Positions 21,040 through 30,665 of a DNA stretch of 64,000 nucleotides are shown here, piece by piece. How positions within the stretch are numbered: the stretch's first letter is position 1; every line of letters starts with the position of its first letter. The DNA lies in NCBI GenBank assembly GCA_965221165.1, contig CBDCRP010000003.1:1664001-1728000 (forward strand), read 5' to 3'. The notes beneath the pieces are model-generated. The model made no database searches, had not been told where the DNA came from, and worked only from the letters and a program-made list of their open reading frames with translations. Both the position numbers and the translations under genes were made by a program. Origin of the DNA: a bacterium. Lineage in GTDB: Bacteria; UBA8248.

Positions 21040-21680
21040 CGCATGCGCGGACAGGGCGGGCACGCAGGTCCGCCCCTACGGACTCGTTCGTCGCTCCCGT
21101 CATTCCGACTCCCGTAGGGTCAGACATATATGTCTGCCACCTATGTGTCGGCCCGTTTTTATGACGCCCGCCTCCGCACGGGAGGGCACACCGGCTCTCC
21201 CCTACCCGGAACCACCGCGCATTTTGTAGGGGCGGTTCGCGAACGGTGGGGCAGTCCCGAGGAGGGATTGCCCCTACCGTCATTGCGGCGACAATCCCGA
21301 CCGGAGAGCGAGGGATTGCGGTTTTTCTTTTTGATCGTCATTCCGGCAGTTCCTCCCGCATTGGTCGGGGTAGGACCCGTAGGGGCCGCATACATGCGGC
21401 CCGTGTCTTGAAGGGGAAAAAGTGCGGGTCGCATGTATGCGACCCGCTACAAGGAATCACTCCTCGCTCGCGCACCCTCCCCCCGGTCGTCAAACCCGAC
21501 CGATGAGGGAGATTTGATGACACAACGCCGTCATTCCGGCGTCCGCCGGAATGACGAGCAAAGGCGAAGACAATTCCCATCTTAAAAACCACGCCGGGCC
21601 GTGCTAGTATATTCTTCGAACTTCCCCGCTCAGGAGTCGCCGGGATCAATCCCGACCGGGGAGGGAGGGATTGCATTTTT
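21040..21680. repeat. REP-like palindrome cluster B (composite)
   Basis: GTAGGGGCCGCATACATGCGGCCC (21379-21402), GTCATTCCGGCGTCCGCCGGAATGAC (21530-21555), several CCCGACCG..GAGGG units. Confidence 0.8.
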
Positions 21681-21684
21681 TCGC

Positions 21685-21770
21685 GGAGGGATGGCCGAGC
21701 GGCCGAAGGCGGTGGTCTTGAAAACCACTGAGCGAAAGCTCCGGGGGTTCGAATCCCTCTCCCTCCGCCA
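21685..21770 (+). tRNA. tRNA-Ser (anticodon TGA, reads UCA)
   Basis: GGAGGGA/TCCCTCC acceptor stem, CT-TGA-AA anticodon loop, long variable arm, GTTCGAATCC T-loop, G discriminator, encoded CCA. Confidence 0.95.
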
Positions 21771-21772
21771 AT

Positions 21773-21879
21773 TTCATACAGGCAGAATCGGTGAGAACCT
21801 GAGTTTCTCGCAGCCATCTTCATACGGGCAGAATCGGTGAGGACCTGGGTTTCTCGCAACCGTTTTGATACGGGCATAC
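21773..21879 (+). repeat. 46-bp tandem repeat (two full units plus a partial) directly after tRNA-Ser
   Basis: TTCATACRGGCAGAATCGGTGAGRACCTGRGTTTCTCGCARCC.. at 21773 and 21819, partial at 21865. Confidence 0.85.
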
Positions 21880-22044
21880 CCGGCGGACGGTTGAATTTCT
21901 CCCCGCCTTTCATGGCCGGTGCGCGCCCTCTTCTGTCGAGTAGCGGCGCACTGCCGGACGATTCAAAGACCATCGCTCCTCTGATGTCGCCGTCGCCGCC
22001 ATGAGGGCGTTCGGCCAGACCATAAGGAATCAGGAGAAAAGAGA

Positions 22045-23463
22045 ATGGATGCTAGCGACATTTGCGATCTCACCATCGCGGATTCATCGAAAAAAATCGC
22101 CGGTGGAGACTTATCGCCGGTCGAGGTGACCGAAGCGCATCTGGTGCGCATCGATGCGCTCAACCCGATTGTGAATGCGTTTACGACCGTGGCGCACGAG
22201 CGCGCGCGCGCCGAGGCGAAGGCGGCCGAGACCGAAATCGCGGCCGGCAACATCCGGGGGCCTTTGCACGGCGTGCCCATCGGCGTCAAGGACATCATCG
22301 ATACGGCGGGCGTGCGCACCACGCAGGGCTCGAGTTTTTTTCGCGACAACGTGCCGACGCAAGACGCGGAATGCGTCCGGCGGCTCCGCGAGGCCGGCGC
22401 CGTCATGATCGGCAAGTGCAACACGGCGGAGTTCGCCGCGGAATCGGCGACCAAGAACCCCCACCACGGGGCGTGCCGCAACCCCTGGGACGTCACCCGC
22501 GTGCCTGCGGGCTCGAGCGGCGGCTCGGGTGCCGCGGTCGCCGCGCGGATGGCGCCCGGCGCGCTCGGAACCGACACCGGGGGGTCGGTGCGGGGACCGG
22601 CGGCGATTTGCGGCGTCGTCGGGCTGAAGCCGACCTACGGGCGGATCAGCCTGCGCGGCGTTTATCCGAATGCGACCAGCCTCGATCACGTAGGACCCTT
22701 GACGCGGACGGTGCGTGATTGCGCGTTGCTGCTCCAGGCGATTGCCGGTTACGACCCGGGCGATCCGTTTTCCGCCGATATGGAAGCGCCCGAGTTTTCC
22801 GCCGACCTGGAAAAGGGTGTACACGGCATGCGTTTCATGATCTCCTCCGATTTGATCGACGTCGAAATCGATGAGCCGATCATGGAAGCGTTCGAGGCGG
22901 CGCTCGGCGCACTGCGCGGGCTGGGCGCAAAAATCGAGGATGCGCCCTGCCCCTTCGCCAGGGAGATCAACCCCCACCGACGGGTCATCGCGGACGCGGA
23001 ATTCTACCGCGTGCACGGCGAGCGCTATCACGAGGACCCGGGTGGCTACGGAGTTCGCTTGCAGGAGCGAATCGCGAACGCCGGGAAGACCACGCTGGCG
23101 ATGTATATCGACGCGCTGGGTCGCCGCAAGGCGCTGACGCGCTCGATGCTCGACCTCATGGCCCCTTACGACGCCATGCTCTCGCCCGGCTATCCCTGCC
23201 TCGCCGCGCCCGTCGAGACGACCATGGCGAGCGTCAACGGAAAGGAAATGGATTTCATCGGCCTGGCGCGAAACCTGACGGGCGTACAGAATTTCCTCGG
23301 CTTTCCCGGCCTGATGGTGCCCACGGGTTTTGATGCCGAACACGGATTGCCGATGGCGATGCAGATTACGACCCGCCCCGGCGAAGAGGCGCGCGGGTTC
23401 CGCGTCGGCCACGCCTTTGAGGGGGCGACTCCCGAATGGCGGAAGAGAAAACCCGAACTTTAG
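22045..23463 (+). CDS. Amidase signature family protein (GatA-like)
   Basis: GPLHGVPIGVKD, AGSSGGSGAAVA, GTDTGGSVRGPA (Lys-Ser-Ser triad). Confidence 0.93.
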   Translation: MDASDICDLTIADSSKKIAGGDLSPVEVTEAHLVRIDALNPIVNAFTTVAHERARAEAKAAETEIAAGNIRGPLHGVPIGVKDIIDTAGVRTTQGSSFFRDNVPTQDAECVRRLREAGAVMIGKCNTAEFAAESATKNPHHGACRNPWDVTRVPAGSSGGSGAAVAARMAPGALGTDTGGSVRGPAAICGVVGLKPTYGRISLRGVYPNATSLDHVGPLTRTVRDCALLLQAIAGYDPGDPFSADMEAPEFSADLEKGVHGMRFMISSDLIDVEIDEPIMEAFEAALGALRGLGAKIEDAPCPFAREINPHRRVIADAEFYRVHGERYHEDPGGYGVRLQERIANAGKTTLAMYIDALGRRKALTRSMLDLMAPYDAMLSPGYPCLAAPVETTMASVNGKEMDFIGLARNLTGVQNFLGFPGLMVPTGFDAEHGLPMAMQITTRPGEEARGFRVGHAFEGATPEWRKRKPEL

Positions 23464-23647
23464 GGTAATACGATCCCGTTCGCCTTAACCGACGGAAGGT
23501 TTGACTCCATCACCCAAACCTGCTTCAATAAATACAAATGTAAAATTTGACTGAGCAGGACAACCGTCTCTAAAAGACTCGCAGTGAGCGAGTCCTCATC
23601 GGATTCGTTCCGGGGACAAACTTTTACACCGTCAGGGGGAGGCAAAC

Positions 23648-24658
23648 ATGAAACTTTCCATGAAGTCGATTCTCGTTGGTTTGGTCGTCGCCGGGACTGT
23701 AGCGTTTACGTCCCACGCAGTCGTGGCGAACGCCGCCAACCTCATCTTCTACTCGTCGCTCACCACCGCCGCGCAAGCGACATTGGTGAAGGCCATCGAA
23801 AAGAAATTTCCGGACATCAAGGTCCAGTCCATCACCGCAGGCGGCGTCAGCCTCTATCAGCGCTTCGTCGCCGAGCGTTCGGTGGGCAAGGGCAAAATCG
23901 ACCTGCTGCACTTCAGCTACACGCCGGGCTGGTATCACCTCGCCAGGGAAGGCTGGGTGAAGAACGTGACGCAACTCCCCGAAGCCAAGAATTTCCCGGC
24001 CTGGGGCAAGGACGAAAAAGCGCAATGGGTCGGCCTGCGCGCGCCGACTCTCCAGGTCATCTACAACACCGACAACGTGAAGCCCGGCGAGGCGCCGAAG
24101 AGCTTTGCGGAACTGACGGGGCCGAAATGGAAGGGCCGTCTCGTGCTGGTCGATCCGTTCCAGTCCGCGGGCCTGTGGGATTTCTTCTACGGTTCGAAGG
24201 GATTCGGCGAAAAATACATCAAGGGTCTGCTCTATAACGGAACGTTGGTGCAATCGCGCATGGGCGCGTCGACCGAGCGCGTCGCCACGGGCGAGCGCGA
24301 CGTGACGATGGTGTTCGAATACATCGCGATTCGGCGCATCAACAAGGGCGCGAAGATCAAGATCGCCGAGATGAAGGAAGGCACCCCGGTCATACCTGCT
24401 TCGTTCGGCATGATCAAGGACGGGCCGAACCCGAAAAACGCGGAGAGGGTGTATCGCTGGATACTTTCCAAGGAAGGCCAGACGGTCATCACCCAGAACG
24501 TGAAAATCAACTCCGCGCGTTCGGACGTGCCGCACGTGAAAGGCATTCCCTATCCCTTCACGCCGCTGTATGCGGATTGGGAGAAAGTCGCCAACGAACA
24601 GAAAAAATATCGCGCCTTCATGACCAAGCACATCCGTGAGGCGAAGAGAAAGAAATGA
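23648..24658 (+). CDS. ABC transporter substrate-binding protein (Fe3+/thiamine/polyamine-type)
   Basis: Signal peptide, LIFYSS, IYNTD..APKSFAEL..PKWKG; GGAGG RBS. Confidence 0.88.
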   Translation: MKLSMKSILVGLVVAGTVAFTSHAVVANAANLIFYSSLTTAAQATLVKAIEKKFPDIKVQSITAGGVSLYQRFVAERSVGKGKIDLLHFSYTPGWYHLAREGWVKNVTQLPEAKNFPAWGKDEKAQWVGLRAPTLQVIYNTDNVKPGEAPKSFAELTGPKWKGRLVLVDPFQSAGLWDFFYGSKGFGEKYIKGLLYNGTLVQSRMGASTERVATGERDVTMVFEYIAIRRINKGAKIKIAEMKEGTPVIPASFGMIKDGPNPKNAERVYRWILSKEGQTVITQNVKINSARSDVPHVKGIPYPFTPLYADWEKVANEQKKYRAFMTKHIREAKRKK

Positions 24659-24681
24659 TCGCCTTAAGTCGATGACCTGAG

Positions 24682-26397
24682 ATGCGTCCCCGTTCGTTTA
24701 CCATGTTCAGGGCTCCGGGCACCGTTCGCGTACTCGAATGGGGATGTCTTCTCGTCATCGGCTTTCTGGTGCTGTATCCGCTGTTCTGGCTGCTGCTGGG
24801 CAGCTTCAGACCGAACCCGATGAGTTCGGACTTCACCCTCGACGCCTACTTCGCCATATTAGAAGAGGAGTACATGGGTGAAGTGTTGTGGAACACCGCC
24901 GTCATGTCGGCCGGGGTCACGAGTCTGTCCGTTCTCATCGGCGTTCCGCTCGCCTGGATCGTCGGGCGCACCGATACGCCGTTCAAAAACTACATCAACA
25001 TGATTGCGATTCTGCCCTTCATCATGCCGCCCGTGGTGGTGGCGGTGGCCTGGGCCTATCTCGGCACGCCGCGCGTCGGTTTCGTCAACCTGTTCTGGAA
25101 GTGGATTATCGGCACCAAGGAGCCGCTGTTCGATATTTTCACCATGGGCGGGCTCATCTTCGTGATGGCCCTGTCTTTGGCGCCGTATGTTTTCATCTTC
25201 ACGGTCACGGCGTTCAAGAACATGGACCCGACGCTGGAGTACGCCGCCCACGTGAGCGGCGCGAACCAGTGGAAGACGACGCTCCGCATCACATTGCCCA
25301 TGGCGGCGCCGGCCATATTGTCCGGTGCGCTGCTGGCGTTCATCCAGTCGCTGGAGGTTTTCGCCATACCGGCGACGATAGGCGTCTCGGGCGGCATATA
25401 CGTATTCTCGACCCAGCTTTGGCGCATGATGATCGGCATCCCGCCGAACTTCTCCCATGCCGCCGCCATGTCGATCCCCGTTCTGCTAGTTTGCGGGCTG
25501 GCGCTCTGGGGGCAGACCAGGGCGTTGGGGCGAAGCGCCAAATACACCACGGTCGCCGGCAAGGGCTTTCGGCCGCGGCTCGTGGAGCTCGGCCCCTGGA
25601 AATACGTCGCGCTGGCGTTCGCCGCCGTCTATCTTCTGGTTTCGGCGATCCTGCCGGTGCTGACGCTGATTTACGGCACCTTTATTTCCAATCGCGGACG
25701 CCCGCCGACCCTGGAATTCCTCACACTGGGCCACATCCATGAGATCATTACCGGTGACGGCGGCGCGGTCATTCTCCGGTCCATCCAGAACAGCCTGTTC
25801 CTGAGTTTTCTCGGCGCGACCATCGGCATCGGTCTCTCCGCCGTGGTCGCCTATTTCGTGGTCCGCAGCACCTGGAAGGGCCGGGGAACGCTCGATTTTC
25901 TGGCGCTCATTCCGGTGGCGATTCCGGGCGCGGTCATCGCCATCGCCATGCTCTGGGCGTATATCCGCCAACCGTTCGATCTGTATCACACGCTGTGGAT
26001 CATCCTGATCGCCTACATCACGCGCTTCCTGCCGTTCGGCGTGCGGGCGGTCTCCAATTCCATCACGCAAATCCATGAGGAACTCGAACGGGCCGCCGCC
26101 GTGAGCGGCGCGAACTGGGGCGTCGTCTTCTGGAAGATACTCGTGCCCCTGGCCATGCCGGGCATCGTCGCCGGCTGGGTCATTCTTTTCGTATCGATGA
26201 TGCGCGAACTATCGGCCTCGATCATGTTGTTCAGCTCCAACAAAGAGGTGATCGGCACGATCCTGATCCAGCTCTATGACGAGGGGCTCTTTTCCCATGT
26301 GTGCATTCTTTCGCTCATCATCGTCATCTTGTCGCTCGGTTCGGTGGCGTTCGTGCGCTGGCTCACGAAACAAAAGGACGTGGAGGGCCTGACCTGA
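24682..26397 (+). CDS. ABC transporter permease (FbpB-type, two fused domains)
   Basis: About 12 TM helices, two EAA-like motifs (LEYAAHVSGA, LERAAAVSGA). Confidence 0.92.
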   Translation: MRPRSFTMFRAPGTVRVLEWGCLLVIGFLVLYPLFWLLLGSFRPNPMSSDFTLDAYFAILEEEYMGEVLWNTAVMSAGVTSLSVLIGVPLAWIVGRTDTPFKNYINMIAILPFIMPPVVVAVAWAYLGTPRVGFVNLFWKWIIGTKEPLFDIFTMGGLIFVMALSLAPYVFIFTVTAFKNMDPTLEYAAHVSGANQWKTTLRITLPMAAPAILSGALLAFIQSLEVFAIPATIGVSGGIYVFSTQLWRMMIGIPPNFSHAAAMSIPVLLVCGLALWGQTRALGRSAKYTTVAGKGFRPRLVELGPWKYVALAFAAVYLLVSAILPVLTLIYGTFISNRGRPPTLEFLTLGHIHEIITGDGGAVILRSIQNSLFLSFLGATIGIGLSAVVAYFVVRSTWKGRGTLDFLALIPVAIPGAVIAIAMLWAYIRQPFDLYHTLWIILIAYITRFLPFGVRAVSNSITQIHEELERAAAVSGANWGVVFWKILVPLAMPGIVAGWVILFVSMMRELSASIMLFSSNKEVIGTILIQLYDEGLFSHVCILSLIIVILSLGSVAFVRWLTKQKDVEGLT

Positions 26398-27488
26398 TGC
26401 AAAACGTGCGGGTGGAGAAACTGGTCAAGAAATTCGGCGACGTGGTCGCCGTCGACGGGGTTTCGTTCGAAGTGCCCAAGGGCAAGCTGCTGACCCTGCT
26501 GGGGCCCAGCGGCTGCGGCAAGACGACCACTTTGAATATAATCGCCGGTTTCGAAACCCCCGACGGCGGCGACGTCCACGTCGGCGACAGGCTGATCTCG
26601 AGCGCCTCGCAAAGCGTGCTGGTGCCGGCGCACAAGCGAAACCTCGGCATGGTCTTTCAGTCCTACGGCCTCTGGCCGCATCTGAGGGTGCGCGACAACG
26701 TCGCCTTCGGCCTGCAGATGCGGAAAACGCCGCGAAACGAAATCGCAGGAGCCGTGGAGCGCGCCCTGGGGCTGGTGCGGCTCGACGGCCTGGGGGAGCG
26801 CTACCCCTCGCAGCTCTCAGGCGGCCAGCAGCAGCGCGTCGCCTTTGCCCGCGCGCTGGTATACGAGCCCGACGTATTGCTCCTCGACGAACCTCTTTCC
26901 AACCTCGATGCGGCGTTGCGCGAGGAGATGCGCCTCGAACTCAAGGATCTGCAAACCGAATCCGGCATCACCACCATATTCGTTACCCACGATCAGGTCG
27001 AAGCCATGGTGATGAGCGACATTATCGTAGTGATGAACAACGGGCGCATCGAACAGATGGGCTCGCCGAGCGATGTCTACCAAAACCCCGCAAATCAGTT
27101 CGTCGCCGGTTTTGTCGGGGTTTCGAACTTCCTCGAAGGCGAGGTCGTCGCCGCCGGCATGGGCGACGCGCAGACTGCGGTGAAGACCGGCGACATCACG
27201 CTGTTCTGCAGGACCGCCGGCGTCGCCGAAGGTTCAAAAGTATTGCTCTCGATCCGGCCCGAGGATTGCGTCGCCAGCCTGGACGCGCCTCCGGAAGGGA
27301 CCCCGAACCTCATCAGATGCACCGTCGATCAGGCGGTGTATATGGGTGGCGTGCTGGAGCTTTGGCTGAGCGCCGGAAACCAGAAAATCCGCGTGCACGG
27401 ACACCGCTTGCCGATACTCGAATCGGGTGCTGCGATTTACGTTTCTATCGAGCCCGGTTCGATTAGTGCGATTGAAAATAGTCCTTAG
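26397..27488 (+). CDS. ABC transporter ATP-binding protein (FbpC/PotA-type)
   Basis: GPSGCGKTT, LSGGQQQR, LLLDEP, VTHDQ; TGATG overlap with permease. Confidence 0.95.
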   Translation: MQNVRVEKLVKKFGDVVAVDGVSFEVPKGKLLTLLGPSGCGKTTTLNIIAGFETPDGGDVHVGDRLISSASQSVLVPAHKRNLGMVFQSYGLWPHLRVRDNVAFGLQMRKTPRNEIAGAVERALGLVRLDGLGERYPSQLSGGQQQRVAFARALVYEPDVLLLDEPLSNLDAALREEMRLELKDLQTESGITTIFVTHDQVEAMVMSDIIVVMNNGRIEQMGSPSDVYQNPANQFVAGFVGVSNFLEGEVVAAGMGDAQTAVKTGDITLFCRTAGVAEGSKVLLSIRPEDCVASLDAPPEGTPNLIRCTVDQAVYMGGVLELWLSAGNQKIRVHGHRLPILESGAAIYVSIEPGSISAIENSP

Positions 27489-27539
27489 CGATAAAAGCGC
27501 TAATCGCCGCAATTCCGGAAATTCTCTGGGAGCAAGAAA

Positions 27540-27836
27540 ATAAAAATGGGGGGCTGTGGAGCCTTCGGGGTAAGCGAATCCCCGGGTCTCGTCATCACTG
27601 TCACCCTCGCCGACCAAAGGAAGCCTTCGGTTCGATTTGCCTGACCGGATGCCTCGTCGCCAGAGAAGACTACCTCCCGTCCAGCCAGGCAGGTGCTTCT
27701 TCACGACCATGTCGCTCACGGCATCAACGACCCCTTCGGGGGAGTTCGTCGTCCGCGTCCCGCGCAAGCCCGGGGCGGTAAACGGCACCCTCGGTACAGC
27801 GGCGGAACTGACCGCCTCCGAAACGCGTGGCATTAC
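27540..27836 (-). ncRNA. Candidate unclassified structured RNA (~295 nt)
   Basis: Several stems whose G.U pairs form only on the minus strand, e.g. GCCUGGCUGGA/UCCGGUCAGGC; upstream promoter and U-rich 3' end; no credible ORF. Confidence 0.6.
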
Positions 27837-27842
27837 GATTTC

Positions 27843-27870
27843 ACTATACTTTCTGAGGACATTCTTACAA
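27843..27870 (-). promoter_or_regulatory. Sigma70-type promoter for the candidate RNA
   Basis: TTGTAA-16 nt-TATAGT on the minus strand. Confidence 0.55.
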
Positions 27871-27981
27871 AATAGAGTCATTGCGTGCAGTCCACCGGGA
27901 TAATGACCAGCGGGGGTGGTGGAGTGGGTGGAAGGTAGCATGGAGATTGCCGGACGAAAAAAGGGCGCTGCCGGGGTCCAG

Positions 27982-30384
27982 ATGAACGGCCGGCTTGGGC
28001 GCGGGCACGGCGTTGCTTCACCCCCTTCCCTCGTCGATGGGGGGCGCGGCACCCGTGCCGGGTTCGTGGTCAATCGGGCCTCGATTTGCGCCGTCATCCT
28101 TTCTGCGATGCTCGTCGTTACCGGCTGTGGCGGCGGCGGATCGAAACCACAACCAAGAGTCGCGGTGATGCCCCAGGTTCAGGTGTCGCCGGACGACTGC
28201 ATCCCGCTCCACGACGGGACATGCCCGTCAGAAGAAGATTTCAACACCGCTGCGGAGCAGCTTATCGATGAATACCTCCTTGAGGACTCCTTCAAGAATC
28301 AATGGGGTCTGGAGGCCGTCGGCGCACATTGGGCCTACGCCTACGTGAACCTCCTCAAGGGTGAAAACGCCGGGCCAGGCTCCGGGGTGACCATTGGCTT
28401 CATCGACAGCGGCATCGATCAGGCGCACCCGATGTTCGCGGGAAAGACGATTACCGAGGTGCTCCTGCCAGGCGCTACGGACGAGACGGGTACGCGGTTT
28501 TCTCACGGCACGGCCGTCGCGAGCGTCGCCGCCGGCGTCCACTGGCCCGTTTACACCGCTGCACCGCAAGGTCTCGCGTGGGGCGCCGATATCGCCATGT
28601 TCGCGTTTACCCTCGGCACCGGTGGCGGTCCGTACGCCCCCATCACACTCACGAACCTGGCGGGGAGAGACGCCTCCTGGGCGGAACGGTTCAATCAGGC
28701 TCTGGCTTGGCGAAACGGCCAAAAGCGCGTCGACATACTGAACCTGAGTATCGGCTTACTGGGTCTCATCGGCGACTACAGCGAAAATGACCTTCGAACC
28801 AATTTCGGACAGGCGATCGCCGCGATGGCGCAATCGGGAGCCACTGATAAGGCGATTCTCGTCTGGGCGGCCGGCAATGCCCACGGAGACCCATGCGATC
28901 CGTCCGTCATGACGAACAACTGCGAGAACGACAAAGTCAACGCGGTTTCGGTCGAGGTGCTGCCGGGTCTTGCCGCGCTCATCCGGGAACTTCGGGGACA
29001 TTCCATCGCCGTCGTGGCGCTGAAACCGGATGATTCGACAATCGCCGATTTTTCCAATCGCTGCGGCATCATCGCGGCCGATTTTTGCATCGCGGCGCCC
29101 GGAGAAGACGTTCGTGTCGCCTTTTTCGGGCCCGACCCCGACCCCGCCAATCCCGATCCTATTCGAAGCGTCGGCCTGGACGCCAAAGGAACATCCTTTG
29201 CCGCGCCGATGGTGGCCGGCGGGCTCGCGATCATGAAACAACTCTTCCGGGATCAGATCTCGAACACGGAACTGGTAACGCGCCTCCTCGAAACCGCCGA
29301 CGATACCGGCGTGTACTCGGACAGCAGCATCTACGGCCGGGGCAAAATGGACCTCGCCGCCGCCGTGCACCCCGTGGGCGTTCTGGAGGTTCCGATTGGC
29401 GCAAACACGAACCAGGCCGGGAGCAATCTGGGCGCTACGCGCCTGAGCATGGGGACACCGTTCGGGAACGGGCTCGCCCGCTCTGTCGGGAACCATGAAA
29501 TCATGGCCGTAGACGATCTCGGTGCGCCGTTCTGGTACAGGCTTGGTGATTTTATGGCGGTGGCGAACGGCCCGCCGATGGACGCGCGGGTGCGCGGTTT
29601 TCTGGCGAGTGCGCCCGGGTTTGGGGGGGACGCAGCCAGACCGGCCGGCGGCGCTTCACGATGGCCGCAGGTAGAGGTTCGGGAAACGCCGGCAGAAACC
29701 GGAGGCGGCCATCTCTCGCTGGCCGAAGGCGGGGTGATGGTGACGTTCGCCGGCCGGAGTGACCTCTCCACCTCCATCTTCGCGACCAACAGGGAGCATG
29801 ATGCCATGGGCGGGACCCTCAACTGGCGTCCGGAAGAGTCGCCGGTCGGTCTTCGCGTCGGGTGGATAGGCGAGGGAAAAACCATTCTCGGAGGCGAAGG
29901 CCGAGGGGCTTTCGGAACGCTTGCTGCGGATACCACCTTCCTTCGCGTGGAGGGAGATGCGAAACTCGGCGCGTGGCGGCTCGGAGCAGGCGCGGAATGG
30001 GGAATCGTGCGCCCGCAAGTGGGAGGCGGAATCATCGACGAAGTCTCACTACTTACGACCAGCGCGTTCGAACTGCACGCGAGCACCGCCGTCACGGACA
30101 GGAACTTCGTGCGCTTTTCCTTGTCACAGCCCTTGCGCGTCGAGAACGGCCGGGCGTCATTGACGCTTCCATTTGCGCGAACCAAGTACGGCAGGGTGTT
30201 GCGCACATCGGTCGCGTCGGCTCTTGAGCCCGGTGAGCGGCAGATCGATATCGCCGCGCGGTGGGAGAGGCCGCTGGCGAGCGGGCAACTCCGCCTCGGC
30301 GTTATCTGGAGTCACTATCCCGGCCATCGCAGGTCCGCGGAAGCGCAACTGACGTTTCTTGCAGGCTGGCGAAGAGCGTTTTGA
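27982..30384 (+). CDS. S8 subtilase with lipoprotein signal and C-terminal beta-barrel-like (autotransporter-like) region
   Basis: VTGC lipobox-like; triad IDSG, HGTAVA, GTSFAAP; oxyanion AAGN; terminal Phe; start uncertain (27916-28108). Confidence 0.85.
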   Translation: MNGRLGRGHGVASPPSLVDGGRGTRAGFVVNRASICAVILSAMLVVTGCGGGGSKPQPRVAVMPQVQVSPDDCIPLHDGTCPSEEDFNTAAEQLIDEYLLEDSFKNQWGLEAVGAHWAYAYVNLLKGENAGPGSGVTIGFIDSGIDQAHPMFAGKTITEVLLPGATDETGTRFSHGTAVASVAAGVHWPVYTAAPQGLAWGADIAMFAFTLGTGGGPYAPITLTNLAGRDASWAERFNQALAWRNGQKRVDILNLSIGLLGLIGDYSENDLRTNFGQAIAAMAQSGATDKAILVWAAGNAHGDPCDPSVMTNNCENDKVNAVSVEVLPGLAALIRELRGHSIAVVALKPDDSTIADFSNRCGIIAADFCIAAPGEDVRVAFFGPDPDPANPDPIRSVGLDAKGTSFAAPMVAGGLAIMKQLFRDQISNTELVTRLLETADDTGVYSDSSIYGRGKMDLAAAVHPVGVLEVPIGANTNQAGSNLGATRLSMGTPFGNGLARSVGNHEIMAVDDLGAPFWYRLGDFMAVANGPPMDARVRGFLASAPGFGGDAARPAGGASRWPQVEVRETPAETGGGHLSLAEGGVMVTFAGRSDLSTSIFATNREHDAMGGTLNWRPEESPVGLRVGWIGEGKTILGGEGRGAFGTLAADTTFLRVEGDAKLGAWRLGAGAEWGIVRPQVGGGIIDEVSLLTTSAFELHASTAVTDRNFVRFSLSQPLRVENGRASLTLPFARTKYGRVLRTSVASALEPGERQIDIAARWERPLASGQLRLGVIWSHYPGHRRSAEAQLTFLAGWRRAF

Positions 30385-30485
30385 GTAATTGAAGCGGTCC
30401 ACGACATCCGCTCGGCATCGGGTCGATTTCCCATAAAGCGTATAGCCACCGTACCTCGTTGTGCGATAAGATGCGCCTCCTGAAC

Positions 30486-30577
30486 GGAGAGATGGCCGAG
30501 TGGCTGAAGGCGCTCGCCTGCTAAGCGAGTAGGCTGGGAAACCGGCCTCGAGGGTTCGAATCCCTCTCTCTCCGCCA
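30486..30577 (+). tRNA. tRNA-Ser (anticodon GCT)
   Basis: GGAGAGA/TCTCTCC acceptor, CT-GCT-AA loop, long variable arm, GTTCGAATCC, encoded CCA. Confidence 0.95.
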
Positions 30578-30665
30578 AAACCAAGCCCGCCTTCGCGATA
30601 AACCAGCCTCCGCATATTATCGGCGCCGCCTCGTTCGACCCGGCCGTTCGGATGGAGATGAAGTT

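Noticed and set aside
21685-21770. tRNA with TGA in the anticodon loop as tRNA-Sec or opal suppressor
   Set aside because: Anticodon UGA reads UCA (Ser). tRNA-Sec needs anticodon UCA and a longer acceptor stem; this has a standard 7-bp stem.
16347-23412. Long antisense ORFs (16347-17786, 18360-19529, 22111-23412 and similar elsewhere)
   Set aside because: Shadow frames of well-supported GC-rich genes on the opposite strand.
27540-27600. tmRNA, suggested by GGGGGCTG on the plus strand and a T-arm-like minus-strand end
   Set aside because: No matching acceptor stem, GGATTCGA motif, CCA end or tag reading frame.
27234-28097. 287-aa minus-strand ORF across the candidate RNA
   Set aside because: Overlaps two real genes antisense, has no recognisable motif and an Arg/Pro-rich shadow composition.
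21685-30577. Integrative element bounded by the two tRNA-Ser genes
   Set aside because: Both are complete, different isoacceptors rather than an att duplication, and no integrase is present.
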